DNA of 64,000 bases, from the NCBI GenBank assembly GCA_965216755.1, contig CBDCGL010000011.1, forward strand, positions 4,256,001 through 4,320,000, in the 5' to 3' direction. Shown here in pieces: positions 40,086 through 48,569 of the stretch. How positions within the stretch are numbered: position 1 is the first letter of the stretch; every line of letters starts with the position of its first letter. A program made the position numbers and the translations under genes. The notes under the pieces were generated by a model. The model did not search any database, was not told where the DNA came from, and saw nothing but the letters and a program-made list of their open reading frames with translations. Origin of the DNA: Alphaproteobacteria bacterium. Lineage in GTDB: Bacteria > Pseudomonadota > Alphaproteobacteria > UBA7887.

Positions 40086-40883
40086 ATGATGCCGCAATAT
40101 TTTGGTGCTGAGAACGAACGGCTTTTTGGCGTTTATCAAGAGCCCACGCATGGCACAGACCATGACCATGGCGTGGTGCTGTGTTATCCCCTATGGCAGG
40201 AATATGTGCGGTCCCATCGCGCCTATCAGCGCTTGGCGGTTATGCTCGCGCGCCAGGGACACCACGTTTTCCGATTCGACTATTTTGGCTCCGGTGATTC
40301 GTCCGGATCCAGCGACGGCCTCACGATAGCCGCGTGCCTCGATAACATCGCCACGGCGATCGACGAGCTCAAGGACGTCGCGGGCGTCAGCCGCGTGTCA
40401 TTGGTCGGGCTACGGTTTGGCGCCACGCTGGCGGCGCTTGTCGGCGGCCACCGCGTTCCCTGCCACAGACTGGTGCTTTGGGATCCGGTGGTGGTCGGCG
40501 CGGATTATATGAATGGACTGCATGGCTTGCGCGACAAGGTGATGACGGCGTGCAGCTGGCGGCGCCGGCGGCCAAACGGTCTTGCCAGTATTGGGGCGCA
40601 TCAGCTCTTGGGATTCCCGGTCCCCGAGCCCGTCGCCGCCAATGTTTCGGCCGCCGATCTATTGTCGGTTGAAAAATTCCCGGCGCGCCGCGCCCTTGTG
40701 GTCGGTTCATCGGACAAGCCCAGCTACAAAACGCTGGTCGATCACATGGAGCGCCGTGGTACCAAGACGTCCTATCAAGTGGTCGAGGATGACGACGATT
40801 GGGACGAATTTTCCAAATACGATTTTATCCTCGTACCGCCAAACGCCCTGTCGGCGATCACGGCGTACCTTGCCGCGGGATAA
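40086..40883 (+). CDS. Alpha/beta-hydrolase-fold protein lacking the nucleophile (resembles exosortase-A-associated hydrolase 2)
   Basis: FRFDYFGSGDS; nucleophile elbow reads GLRFG; LVLWDPVV. Confidence 0.75.
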   Translation: MMPQYFGAENERLFGVYQEPTHGTDHDHGVVLCYPLWQEYVRSHRAYQRLAVMLARQGHHVFRFDYFGSGDSSGSSDGLTIAACLDNIATAIDELKDVAGVSRVSLVGLRFGATLAALVGGHRVPCHRLVLWDPVVVGADYMNGLHGLRDKVMTACSWRRRRPNGLASIGAHQLLGFPVPEPVAANVSAADLLSVEKFPARRALVVGSSDKPSYKTLVDHMERRGTKTSYQVVEDDDDWDEFSKYDFILVPPNALSAITAYLAAG

Positions 40884-40887
40884 AGCA

Positions 40888-41760
40888 ATGGAACGTGCGT
40901 TTGCCTTTGGCCCGCGATCGGCCTTGATCGGTACACTGACCGAGGCTGTTGACACGCCACTATCCGACCACCAGCCGGGTGTCATCCTGATCAATGCCGG
41001 GTTGGTTCATCGCATCGGTCCCGGCCGCCTGTACGTGGAAATCGCCCGTCGCCTGGCCGCACGGGGATTCCCGGCGTTCCGTTTCGACCAATCGGGCATC
41101 GGCGACAGCATGGCCCGGCGCGACGATGTCGCGTTTGAAAAACGTGCGCAGGAAGAAATCGTCGCGGCGATGGATTTGATGGTGGCGCAGGGTCAATGCC
41201 AGACTTTCGTGCTGATGGGGATTTGCTCTGGCGCCGACAATGCCCATCAGGTTGCGCTATCGGATCCGCGGGTTGTTGGCGCGGTTTATTTGGATGGTCC
41301 AGCTTATCGAACCGTGAAGTTCCTGGTGCGCCACTACGGCGTCCGGCTATTTCGACCACGCAGCTGGGCCGGACTTGTCGCGCGTCTGTTGGCCCGGATA
41401 TCGCGAACCGCCGGTGAACAACAGGAACCGACATATGTGCGCGAACTGCCGCCGCGTGAGCAATTCGGTCGTGAGTTATACAATTTGGCCGAACGCGGCA
41501 TGTCGCTGCTGCTGATCTTCACCGGTGGTTATCAACGTTACTACAATTATGAGCACCAGTTCGCCGATGTATTCGCACCATTGGCTGCGAACGCCGGTTT
41601 GCAGAACATCTTTCTGTCGCACTGCGACCATACGTTCGGGTTGGTCGAAGACCGTGCCGCCGTTATCGATATTATCGCGGATTGGATGTTGAACGCGTTC
41701 GGCGCGACCAATGACCGCCCGGTCGCTGAGACACTGCGCCAAGCGTCCGGTCAGGTCTGA
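40888..41760 (+). CDS. Alpha/beta-hydrolase-fold protein with Cys at the elbow (resembles exosortase-A-associated hydrolase 1)
   Basis: NAGLVHRIGPGR, FRFDQSGIGDS, GICSG, C-terminal DHTF. ATG 40888 lies 4 nt after the previous stop. Confidence 0.78.
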   Translation: MERAFAFGPRSALIGTLTEAVDTPLSDHQPGVILINAGLVHRIGPGRLYVEIARRLAARGFPAFRFDQSGIGDSMARRDDVAFEKRAQEEIVAAMDLMVAQGQCQTFVLMGICSGADNAHQVALSDPRVVGAVYLDGPAYRTVKFLVRHYGVRLFRPRSWAGLVARLLARISRTAGEQQEPTYVRELPPREQFGRELYNLAERGMSLLLIFTGGYQRYYNYEHQFADVFAPLAANAGLQNIFLSHCDHTFGLVEDRAAVIDIIADWMLNAFGATNDRPVAETLRQASGQV

Positions 41761-41790
41761 CAGGATTCACCTTGCGCTAGCGGGCGCGGG

Positions 41791-42549
41791 TTATGCGTGC
41801 GTGAAAGCGCTGGTAAGAATATGACTTGACGTGCAATGAAAGCGCCCAGAAATGCCTTGTCTTGGGCCAACCTGGCTGCCTTCGAAAACGATTTTGGCGC
41901 GAAAGGTTCCGCGCTCAGGGTCGATCGACAAGCGTACGTCCAAAAAGTCGAAGGGGATCCGGTGGGCCGGATATAGGCACTTGTACACGCTTTCTTTGGC
42001 GCTGAAAATTACCTTTGACCATCCGCTCGCCCGTGGTGCCGGCGTGACCCGCGCAAAGGCCATTTCGTCATTCGTGCAAATCATGTCGTTGAGATCGCAC
42101 CCCAACTCGCCGGCGCACTCAACATCAATGCCGATGCCATGAAAGACCTGCGCGCGCGCGACCGCCGCGACGCACAGATCCGTGCAGTGCGACAGACTGC
42201 CGACAATGCCGTGTGGCCATATCGGCACGCGGTCGGCATCACGCGGCAGTGGCGCCTGTTCATGTCCAAAGTAACCGAGCGCACGTCGCGCGCAGACCCG
42301 ACCAGCCGAATATTCGCGCCGTCGCTGCGACGTCGCCCGCACGAGCTCGTTTTCGCAGTCCAAACCAGCGCGATTGCCAACGCGATCGTCAATTTCGGCC
42401 ACGCCGTCAAGGTCGAGCATGGCCACGCTGACGCCGCCTGGAAACAACCGTGCTAGGCGCGAATCGGGCCGTGGCGCGCCAACTTGGTGGGCCAGTCCGA
42501 TGCCGGTCGCCGGCGACTGTTCGACGCTATCTAGTCCGGGCGAGAACAT
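41791..42549 (-). CDS. 4'-phosphopantetheinyl transferase (EntD/Sfp type)
   Basis: RRREYSAGRVCARRAL, PIWPHGIVGSLSHC, GIGIDVE, IFSAKESVYK. Confidence 0.92.
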   Translation of the reverse strand: MFSPGLDSVEQSPATGIGLAHQVGAPRPDSRLARLFPGGVSVAMLDLDGVAEIDDRVGNRAGLDCENELVRATSQRRREYSAGRVCARRALGYFGHEQAPLPRDADRVPIWPHGIVGSLSHCTDLCVAAVARAQVFHGIGIDVECAGELGCDLNDMICTNDEMAFARVTPAPRASGWSKVIFSAKESVYKCLYPAHRIPFDFLDVRLSIDPERGTFRAKIVFEGSQVGPRQGISGRFHCTSSHILTSAFTHA

Positions 42550-42561
42550 TGGCCTGACGCC

Positions 42562-44031
42562 CTAGTAGGCGTTTTCGTCGCCAAGCAGAACGAACAGTGT
42601 CTTGGCGATGATGACCAAATCCAGCCACACCGACCAATTGTCGATGTAGTAGAGGTCATATTCGACACGCTTTTGGATTTTTTCGATGGTGTCCGTTTCG
42701 CCACGCCAACCGTTAACTTGGGCCCAGCCCGTTATGCCGGGTTTCACGCGGTGTCGGGCGGCATAACGGTCGACGACTTCCTCAAATAGCCGCCCTTCGG
42801 CTTTGGTCGCCAGGGCGTGGGGACGCGGCCCAACAATCGACATGTCGCCACGTAAGACGTTTAGCAGTTGTGGAAACTCGTCCAGGCTGGTCTTGCGCAA
42901 CAAGGCGCCCACGCGCGTGACTCGCGGGTCACCGCGCGTGGTTTGGATCTCGCAGTTGGCGTCGTTCATATCGACGCGCATGGTGCGGAACTTCCACACC
43001 TCGATCAGCTTGTTGTTAAAGCCGTAACGACGTTGTTTGAAGAATATCGGACCCGGTGAATCGAGTTTCACGGCCAAGGCGATGATTGCCAGAGCGGGCG
43101 CAAAAAACAGTAAGGCAAGAAGCGCCAGAGTCCGGTCTTCGATCGCCTTCAGCACATGCGACCATCCGGATATCGGTCGGTCGAACAGATGCAGCATTGG
43201 CAGGCCGGCAACCTGCGTGAATGAACGATCGGCGAAATGCAGGCCGGCCAAATCCGGCGCCAGTCGGATCCGCACCGGCGTCAACGCCAAACGCTGCACC
43301 AAGGTCCGCAACCGGCTCTCGGCGCTCCACGGCACGGCGATAAACACCTGGTCGACGAGATTGCTGCGAATCAAGCGAATCAAGTGATCCGTATCGCCAA
43401 GGACCGGAAGGCCGTCGGCCGGCGGTACGATCCGGTTACGCCGATCATCGATAAAGCCGACAAGCTGGGTGCAGACATCGCCATACTGTTGCAAATGTTG
43501 CGACAAGCGCTGGCCATTCTCACCGGCGCCGACGATGACCGTGCGGCTGGCGAATCGGCCCTCTCGGGCCAGCGTTGCAACCCAATGGGCCAGCGCCCCG
43601 CGGCCGAAGCCCAGAACGATGAAGACGCTCACCATCCAGCCAACCGACCAGACACGCGAATACATGTCCGAAATCTTGACCGCGAAAGCGGTCGCCAACA
43701 GCGCGCCGCAAATCACGACCCACGCCGTCAAAACCCGGTCAAAACGTGGCGTGCGCGAGAAGATGTATTCCTCCGCATACACCCCAAACCATTGGAACAG
43801 GACGGCTGCCATGGTCATCGCGATCAACACCGCGACGACATATTCGCTCTCCACACCGGACGCCTCTGGATAAACACCATACGCGAAATAGATGCCCGCA
43901 CCGAGCAGCCCGATGACGCTCAGGTCAAAGAGCCGAAGGCATCCGCTGACGAACGCCGTGGAAATTGGCTGAACACGACGACCCGCCAGCGCTGGGTCGA
44001 GCGGTGTCTCAAATAGATTCGATTGCGTCAT
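42562..44031 (-). CDS. wcaJ: Undecaprenyl-phosphate glucose phosphotransferase (priming glycosyltransferase, WcaJ type)
   Basis: N-terminal TMs, [70 protein letters not shown]. Start at 44031 chosen from the promoter position. Confidence 0.93.
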   Translation of the reverse strand: MTQSNLFETPLDPALAGRRVQPISTAFVSGCLRLFDLSVIGLLGAGIYFAYGVYPEASGVESEYVVAVLIAMTMAAVLFQWFGVYAEEYIFSRTPRFDRVLTAWVVICGALLATAFAVKISDMYSRVWSVGWMVSVFIVLGFGRGALAHWVATLAREGRFASRTVIVGAGENGQRLSQHLQQYGDVCTQLVGFIDDRRNRIVPPADGLPVLGDTDHLIRLIRSNLVDQVFIAVPWSAESRLRTLVQRLALTPVRIRLAPDLAGLHFADRSFTQVAGLPMLHLFDRPISGWSHVLKAIEDRTLALLALLFFAPALAIIALAVKLDSPGPIFFKQRRYGFNNKLIEVWKFRTMRVDMNDANCEIQTTRGDPRVTRVGALLRKTSLDEFPQLLNVLRGDMSIVGPRPHALATKAEGRLFEEVVDRYAARHRVKPGITGWAQVNGWRGETDTIEKIQKRVEYDLYYIDNWSVWLDLVIIAKTLFVLLGDENAY

Positions 44032-44054
44032 TGCTTGTTCCATGGGAGTGGGAA

Positions 44055-44070
44055 AGCAAGGGGCATGCCA
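44055..44070 (-). promoter_or_regulatory. Sigma-54 (-24/-12) promoter of the wcaJ-PPTase unit
   Basis: Minus strand reads TGGCATG-CCCC-TTGCT, with exact GG-N10-GC spacing, about 25 nt upstream of ATG 44031. Confidence 0.7.
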
Positions 44071-44740
44071 GTCTCGCCGTTTCGTAAGTCTTTGAAAAAC
44101 CTTGATAAAACGATGGCGTGCCATGATTGACTCGCGTATGTACCAGATTTGTTACACACATCTCAGACCACGCCGAATTCTCGTCTTCTCGGTTCGTTTC
44201 ACGATGGCAACAAGTGTAAGCAAATGCTTGTCAAATAAACATAAAATTTTTCATTTAATAACGCTCTCCGTCGTCGACGGCGTGGTCACAGATCGACGTT
44301 GAATAGCGACTGTAAACACGATGAAACGCACAATAAGGGGTGATGCCGCGTCAACGCGGCGTTTCTTACGGTGTCACGGTGCGGCGCCGGCAATTCGCCC
44401 CGCAAAATATGTAAAGCTTGCGAAACAAAGGCTCGGAATACGCCCTTGTCTATAGTCCGTTTGGCTCAAAGCTCGGGTGGAGAGACTTGGCGAGGCGGAT
44501 TATGATCCGCCGAAGCGCGGCCATGTCGCCCGGCTTTTGCCCTGCGACCGGCCGTTGGAAGGGTGTGGTCGGATCAATCCGCGTCTGTTGGATCATCACA
44601 ACCGACGGCGGCCGACTCGCGGATGTCGACGAATTGCGGGGATCGCCGGTGGGCGTGAATTCGTGTCGCTTGTGGTTGGCCTGCCGATCTGCAAAACACA
44701 TCTCTTTGACGGAAGATCGCCGTCTCGCAGACGGTGCGCC

Positions 44741-45220
44741 GTGATTGACATCAAAAGGTGGAACTTCATATTGGCGGGGCGTCGGAAGATTGCGGATGCC
44801 ATCCAAGGATTCTGTGCGCTTGGTCAAGCGACATTTGCTTGGTTACAACCACTTAACCGCGCGCGTGCGGTTCTGTGTTTTTGGGTCATGTGCCTTGTCG
44901 CGGTTTTCATCGCGGGCATCCTGCCGCAAGGGACGCAGCCGGGACTGCACTATATGGACAAGCTTGTCCATTTCGCGGTGTTCGCTGGTCTGGCTGCCAT
45001 ATCCGGGCTGGCGATCACGCGCGATGCTGAAATCGCGCTCGCTGCCGCCGTGCTGTTGACGGTCGGGCTGGCCATCGAACTAGCCCAGGCGCGGGTTCCG
45101 GGACGATTCGCTTCGGCGGCGGATTTTATCGCCGACGGCGTTGGTGTGGCCGCCGGTTTTTATGGCGTGGCCCGTATTCGTGGCGCGATTTTTGACACAT
45201 TGCGTCGGGACTCCGGTTAA
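44741..45220 (+). CDS. VanZ-family membrane protein
   Basis: DKLVHFAVF, IELAQARVPGRFASAADFIAD. Start uncertain. Confidence 0.75.
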   Translation: MIDIKRWNFILAGRRKIADAIQGFCALGQATFAWLQPLNRARAVLCFWVMCLVAVFIAGILPQGTQPGLHYMDKLVHFAVFAGLAAISGLAITRDAEIALAAAVLLTVGLAIELAQARVPGRFASAADFIADGVGVAAGFYGVARIRGAIFDTLRRDSG

Positions 45221-45250
45221 CGCCGGGGCCGGGGACACGGGCGAAGCATC

Positions 45251-46672
45251 ATGGTGCGCCGGGAACAAGGCCCAGGTGCGGCGCGGCAATCGAGACACTG
45301 TTGCAACACGCGATCTTATTGGCGCGGTTGGTCGGTTTTGCTGGCTGCCGCAATCGCGGTTCTCGTCGCCGCGTGCACCGCGGACGATAAGACCGATCCG
45401 TTATCGGTGCCGAACGGTCACTATCGGGCTGGCCGCTATCAAGAGGCCGCGCGAGCCGCTTTGCCCTATGCCGAAGCCGGCGCGCCGCAGGCACAGGCCT
45501 TGGTCGGGCGCGCGCTGACCCAAACCGGCGCTTATGACCAAGCGCTTATTTGGCTCTTGCGCGCGTCACGCGCCAATGATCGCACGGCATTGGAAACCCT
45601 CGGCGATCTCTATTTCTTCGGCGCTGGCATCAACCAGAACTTTCGCCTCGCGCGCAGCTACTATTTCCGCGCCGCCGTGTCGCCTATCGGTGGCGCGGTC
45701 TATCCGATCCGGGGCTACGCCCTGGCGCGGCTTGGGTTCATGGACATGAACGGATTTGGCGGATCGCGCAACGTGTTCGGCGCGGTGCGCCAGTTTCGTG
45801 AAGCCGCCGACCTGGCGAGCGGCATGGGCATGTTCGGATTGGGACTTGCCAACGACCTTGGTGTCGGCGCGGCGCGGGACCGGAACCGCGCCAATTATTG
45901 GTACGGCTTGGCGGTTGAGCTGGCAGCGACGGTCGATGCGCAGGCTGGCTATGAACGGGCGATCCGCGCGGTGCGCAGGGTCCCGCAGTTACCGGCCGAC
46001 GCGACGCTTGCACTGCCGCCGATCCCCGATGACGGGCGCGAAGTCTTGCAAATGCGTAGCATTGACGTGGGCGTTTTGATCAGCGGGGCGGGTCAAGTAT
46101 TGACCCATTTTGGGGGTGTTGATGATTGCAAACAAAGACGCGTGCGCGATCGATCAACGACCGTCGTGGCGACCATTATGGCGACGTCTCCGACCGACGA
46201 CGTGGCCATATTGGCGACACGCCAAGAGTGGCCGCGCGCCATCGGAATGCGTTTGCGGTGGCCGTTGCAGCCGGCCGAACGCGTTGCCGTCGGCAGCTTC
46301 CCCCTGTTTGGCGTCATCGATCACGGTCCGTTGTGGGCGCGTGGCGAGATCGATCCGGTATTGTCTGCGGATGCCGATCATATCGGCATCCGCACGCGAA
46401 TCGGGCCGGATGAAGTAACCGGCCCGGTCGTCGATATTAGCGGCAATTTGGTCGCTTTCATGATTTCGGGGCATCAGAGGCCGACGGTCTTGCGGCGCTA
46501 CCCGGATTGGCCGGTCGGCTATGCACCGGCGCTCCCAATAACACGGCTGCGGACCTTCCTCGATGATAACTTCATTGACTACGACTCGCGGCCATTCAAC
46601 TTTAACGCCACCGATGAAGACATGATCGGCGAATTGCGGCGGGCCATGGTATTGGTTGAATGCTGGCGTTGA
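45251..46672 (+). CDS. Lipoprotein with Sel1 repeats and a degenerate trypsin-like domain
   Basis: Lipobox VAAC, Sel1 repeats (LGDLYFFGAGINQN, LGFMDMNGFG), C-terminal protease-like fold ending LVECW. Confidence 0.7.
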   Translation: MVRREQGPGAARQSRHCCNTRSYWRGWSVLLAAAIAVLVAACTADDKTDPLSVPNGHYRAGRYQEAARAALPYAEAGAPQAQALVGRALTQTGAYDQALIWLLRASRANDRTALETLGDLYFFGAGINQNFRLARSYYFRAAVSPIGGAVYPIRGYALARLGFMDMNGFGGSRNVFGAVRQFREAADLASGMGMFGLGLANDLGVGAARDRNRANYWYGLAVELAATVDAQAGYERAIRAVRRVPQLPADATLALPPIPDDGREVLQMRSIDVGVLISGAGQVLTHFGGVDDCKQRRVRDRSTTVVATIMATSPTDDVAILATRQEWPRAIGMRLRWPLQPAERVAVGSFPLFGVIDHGPLWARGEIDPVLSADADHIGIRTRIGPDEVTGPVVDISGNLVAFMISGHQRPTVLRRYPDWPVGYAPALPITRLRTFLDDNFIDYDSRPFNFNATDEDMIGELRRAMVLVECWR

Positions 46673-46738
46673 CGCAATGCGGCATGGTCATCGGCGATCG
46701 TCGCGAGGCGGCCTCGATCCCGTTTCGCCCTATATCTT

Positions 46739-48568
46739 TTGTGTAAGTCGTATCGTGGTTTCGGGGGCGATTCGCCGCCGATTGGCCGACCCGAATCGGA
46801 GCCCAAGCAGGTCGTGCAGCAAAGCAGGGAATCGGATAAATCAGCCACCCCAATACCGCCACTTGCCGCGGTTCGGTTGTGGCGATGGTTGGTCGGATTG
46901 TGGCCAGGCGGCGGGGCGGGGCAAACGCCCGCGCCGTGGTTGGCCAATTATCCGAAGGGGGTGGCGTGGGATGTGGCCATCGGGCCGGCACCTTTGCCCG
47001 AAATTCTACGCAACGCCGCGGCCACCTTTGGCTCACAACCATGCTTGCATCATTATGGCAAGGTTTACAGCTATGCCGAGGTTTGGGAACTGGTTCGCCG
47101 CGCCGCGCGCGGCCTGCAGGGGCTTGGTGTCGGACGTGGCGATCGCGTCGGGCTGCTGCTGCCGAATTCGCCATATTATGTGATTTTCTACTACGGCGTG
47201 CTGTTGGCCGGGGGCACGGTTGTCAACTTCAATCCACTCTATGCGCGCCGCGAAATTGCCAGTCAGATCGCTGATTCCGAAACCCGCATTCTGGTCACCA
47301 TCAATCTCAAAGGGGTGTATCCAAAGGCCGCCGCCGGCTTCGATGCTGGCTTGAAATACCTGGTCGTGTGCCCGATGGGCGAAACGTTGCCATTAGCAAA
47401 TAAGGCTTTGTTTGCCCTATTCCGGCGCCGTGAAGTGGTGACCATTCCCAACGATACCCGACACATCACATATGGCACGCTCATGGACAATGACGGCGTG
47501 CCCGCCGACATCCCCATCGCAGCAGAGAAAGACGTGGCGGTGCTGCAATATACCGGCGGCAAAGTCGGCCGGCCAATGGGTGCAAAACTCACCCACGCCA
47601 ATCTGTATGTAAATGCGCATCAGACCCGCATGTGGGCCACCGACACCACGCCCGGCGCGGAAAAAGTGCTGGCAGTTTTGCCACTGTGTCACGTATTCGG
47701 CATGACCGTGGTCATGAACACCAGCTTGGCCCTGGGCTCTGAGATTATACTTGTGCCCCAGTTCAAGGTCGGTGACGTCCTCAAGACCATCCATAAACAG
47801 CGACCGACGATCATGATGGGCGTGCCAACCATGTACGCGGCACTGAATGCCTACAAAGAGCTCGACCGATATGATCTCACGAGCCTGCGGTTCTGCACGT
47901 CGGGCGGTGCCGCATTGAGTGCCGGTATCAAGGCGCAATTCGAAGAATTAACCGGCTGTCGGCTGGTGGAGGGCTATGGCCTGACCGAAGCCGGGCCGGT
48001 GTGCACGATCAACCCGTTTGATGGATCCGACCGGTCGGGCTCGATCGGTCTCCCGTTGCCGGCGACCCAGATCCGGATCGGCTCGGTGAAACGGCCAGGT
48101 CGGGTGTTGAAGATCGGAGAGACCGGAGAGATTTGTATATCAGGGCCCCAGGTCATGGTCGGCTATTGGCGCCGCGATCAAGAATCGGACGATGTCTTTG
48201 GCCCTCTTGGCTTGCGCACGGGCGACCTGGGTTACATGGATACGAACGGTTTCGTCTACATTGTCGGGCGCTGCAAACCCCTGATTATCACTGGCGGTTT
48301 CAATGTCTATCCGGGTGTGGTCGAAGACGCCTTGCGCCTCCATCCGGCCGTGGCGGACGTGGTCGTCACCGGCAAGCCTGATCGCCATCGTGGTGAAGTG
48401 GTGATGGCGACTGTTGCGCTGCACCCATCGACTCAGGCGACGCCGTCGGAGCTGCGTGGCTTCCTGCGCGACAAGCTGGCAACTTTCGAACTGCCACGAC
48501 GAATCAAAATCGTTGCTGACGTCGACGACACTTCGGCAAGCATGGCCATGGCAGAGGTGGCTTCCTAA
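46739..48568 (+). CDS. Long-chain acyl-CoA ligase (FadD-like) with divergent catalytic motifs
   Basis: PWLANYP, LLLPNSP, LPLCHVFG, EGYGLTE, LRTGDLG, GFNVYP. Start uncertain. Confidence 0.8.
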   Translation: MCKSYRGFGGDSPPIGRPESEPKQVVQQSRESDKSATPIPPLAAVRLWRWLVGLWPGGGAGQTPAPWLANYPKGVAWDVAIGPAPLPEILRNAAATFGSQPCLHHYGKVYSYAEVWELVRRAARGLQGLGVGRGDRVGLLLPNSPYYVIFYYGVLLAGGTVVNFNPLYARREIASQIADSETRILVTINLKGVYPKAAAGFDAGLKYLVVCPMGETLPLANKALFALFRRREVVTIPNDTRHITYGTLMDNDGVPADIPIAAEKDVAVLQYTGGKVGRPMGAKLTHANLYVNAHQTRMWATDTTPGAEKVLAVLPLCHVFGMTVVMNTSLALGSEIILVPQFKVGDVLKTIHKQRPTIMMGVPTMYAALNAYKELDRYDLTSLRFCTSGGAALSAGIKAQFEELTGCRLVEGYGLTEAGPVCTINPFDGSDRSGSIGLPLPATQIRIGSVKRPGRVLKIGETGEICISGPQVMVGYWRRDQESDDVFGPLGLRTGDLGYMDTNGFVYIVGRCKPLIITGGFNVYPGVVEDALRLHPAVADVVVTGKPDRHRGEVVMATVALHPSTQATPSELRGFLRDKLATFELPRRIKIVADVDDTSASMAMAEVAS

Positions 48569-48569
48569 G

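Noticed and set aside
27759-42549. Siderophore cluster (Cy domain, EntD-like PPTase, nearby suf genes)
   Set aside because: No salicylate/DHB synthesis or aryl-loading genes, no TonB receptor or iron ABC transporter, and no release domain.
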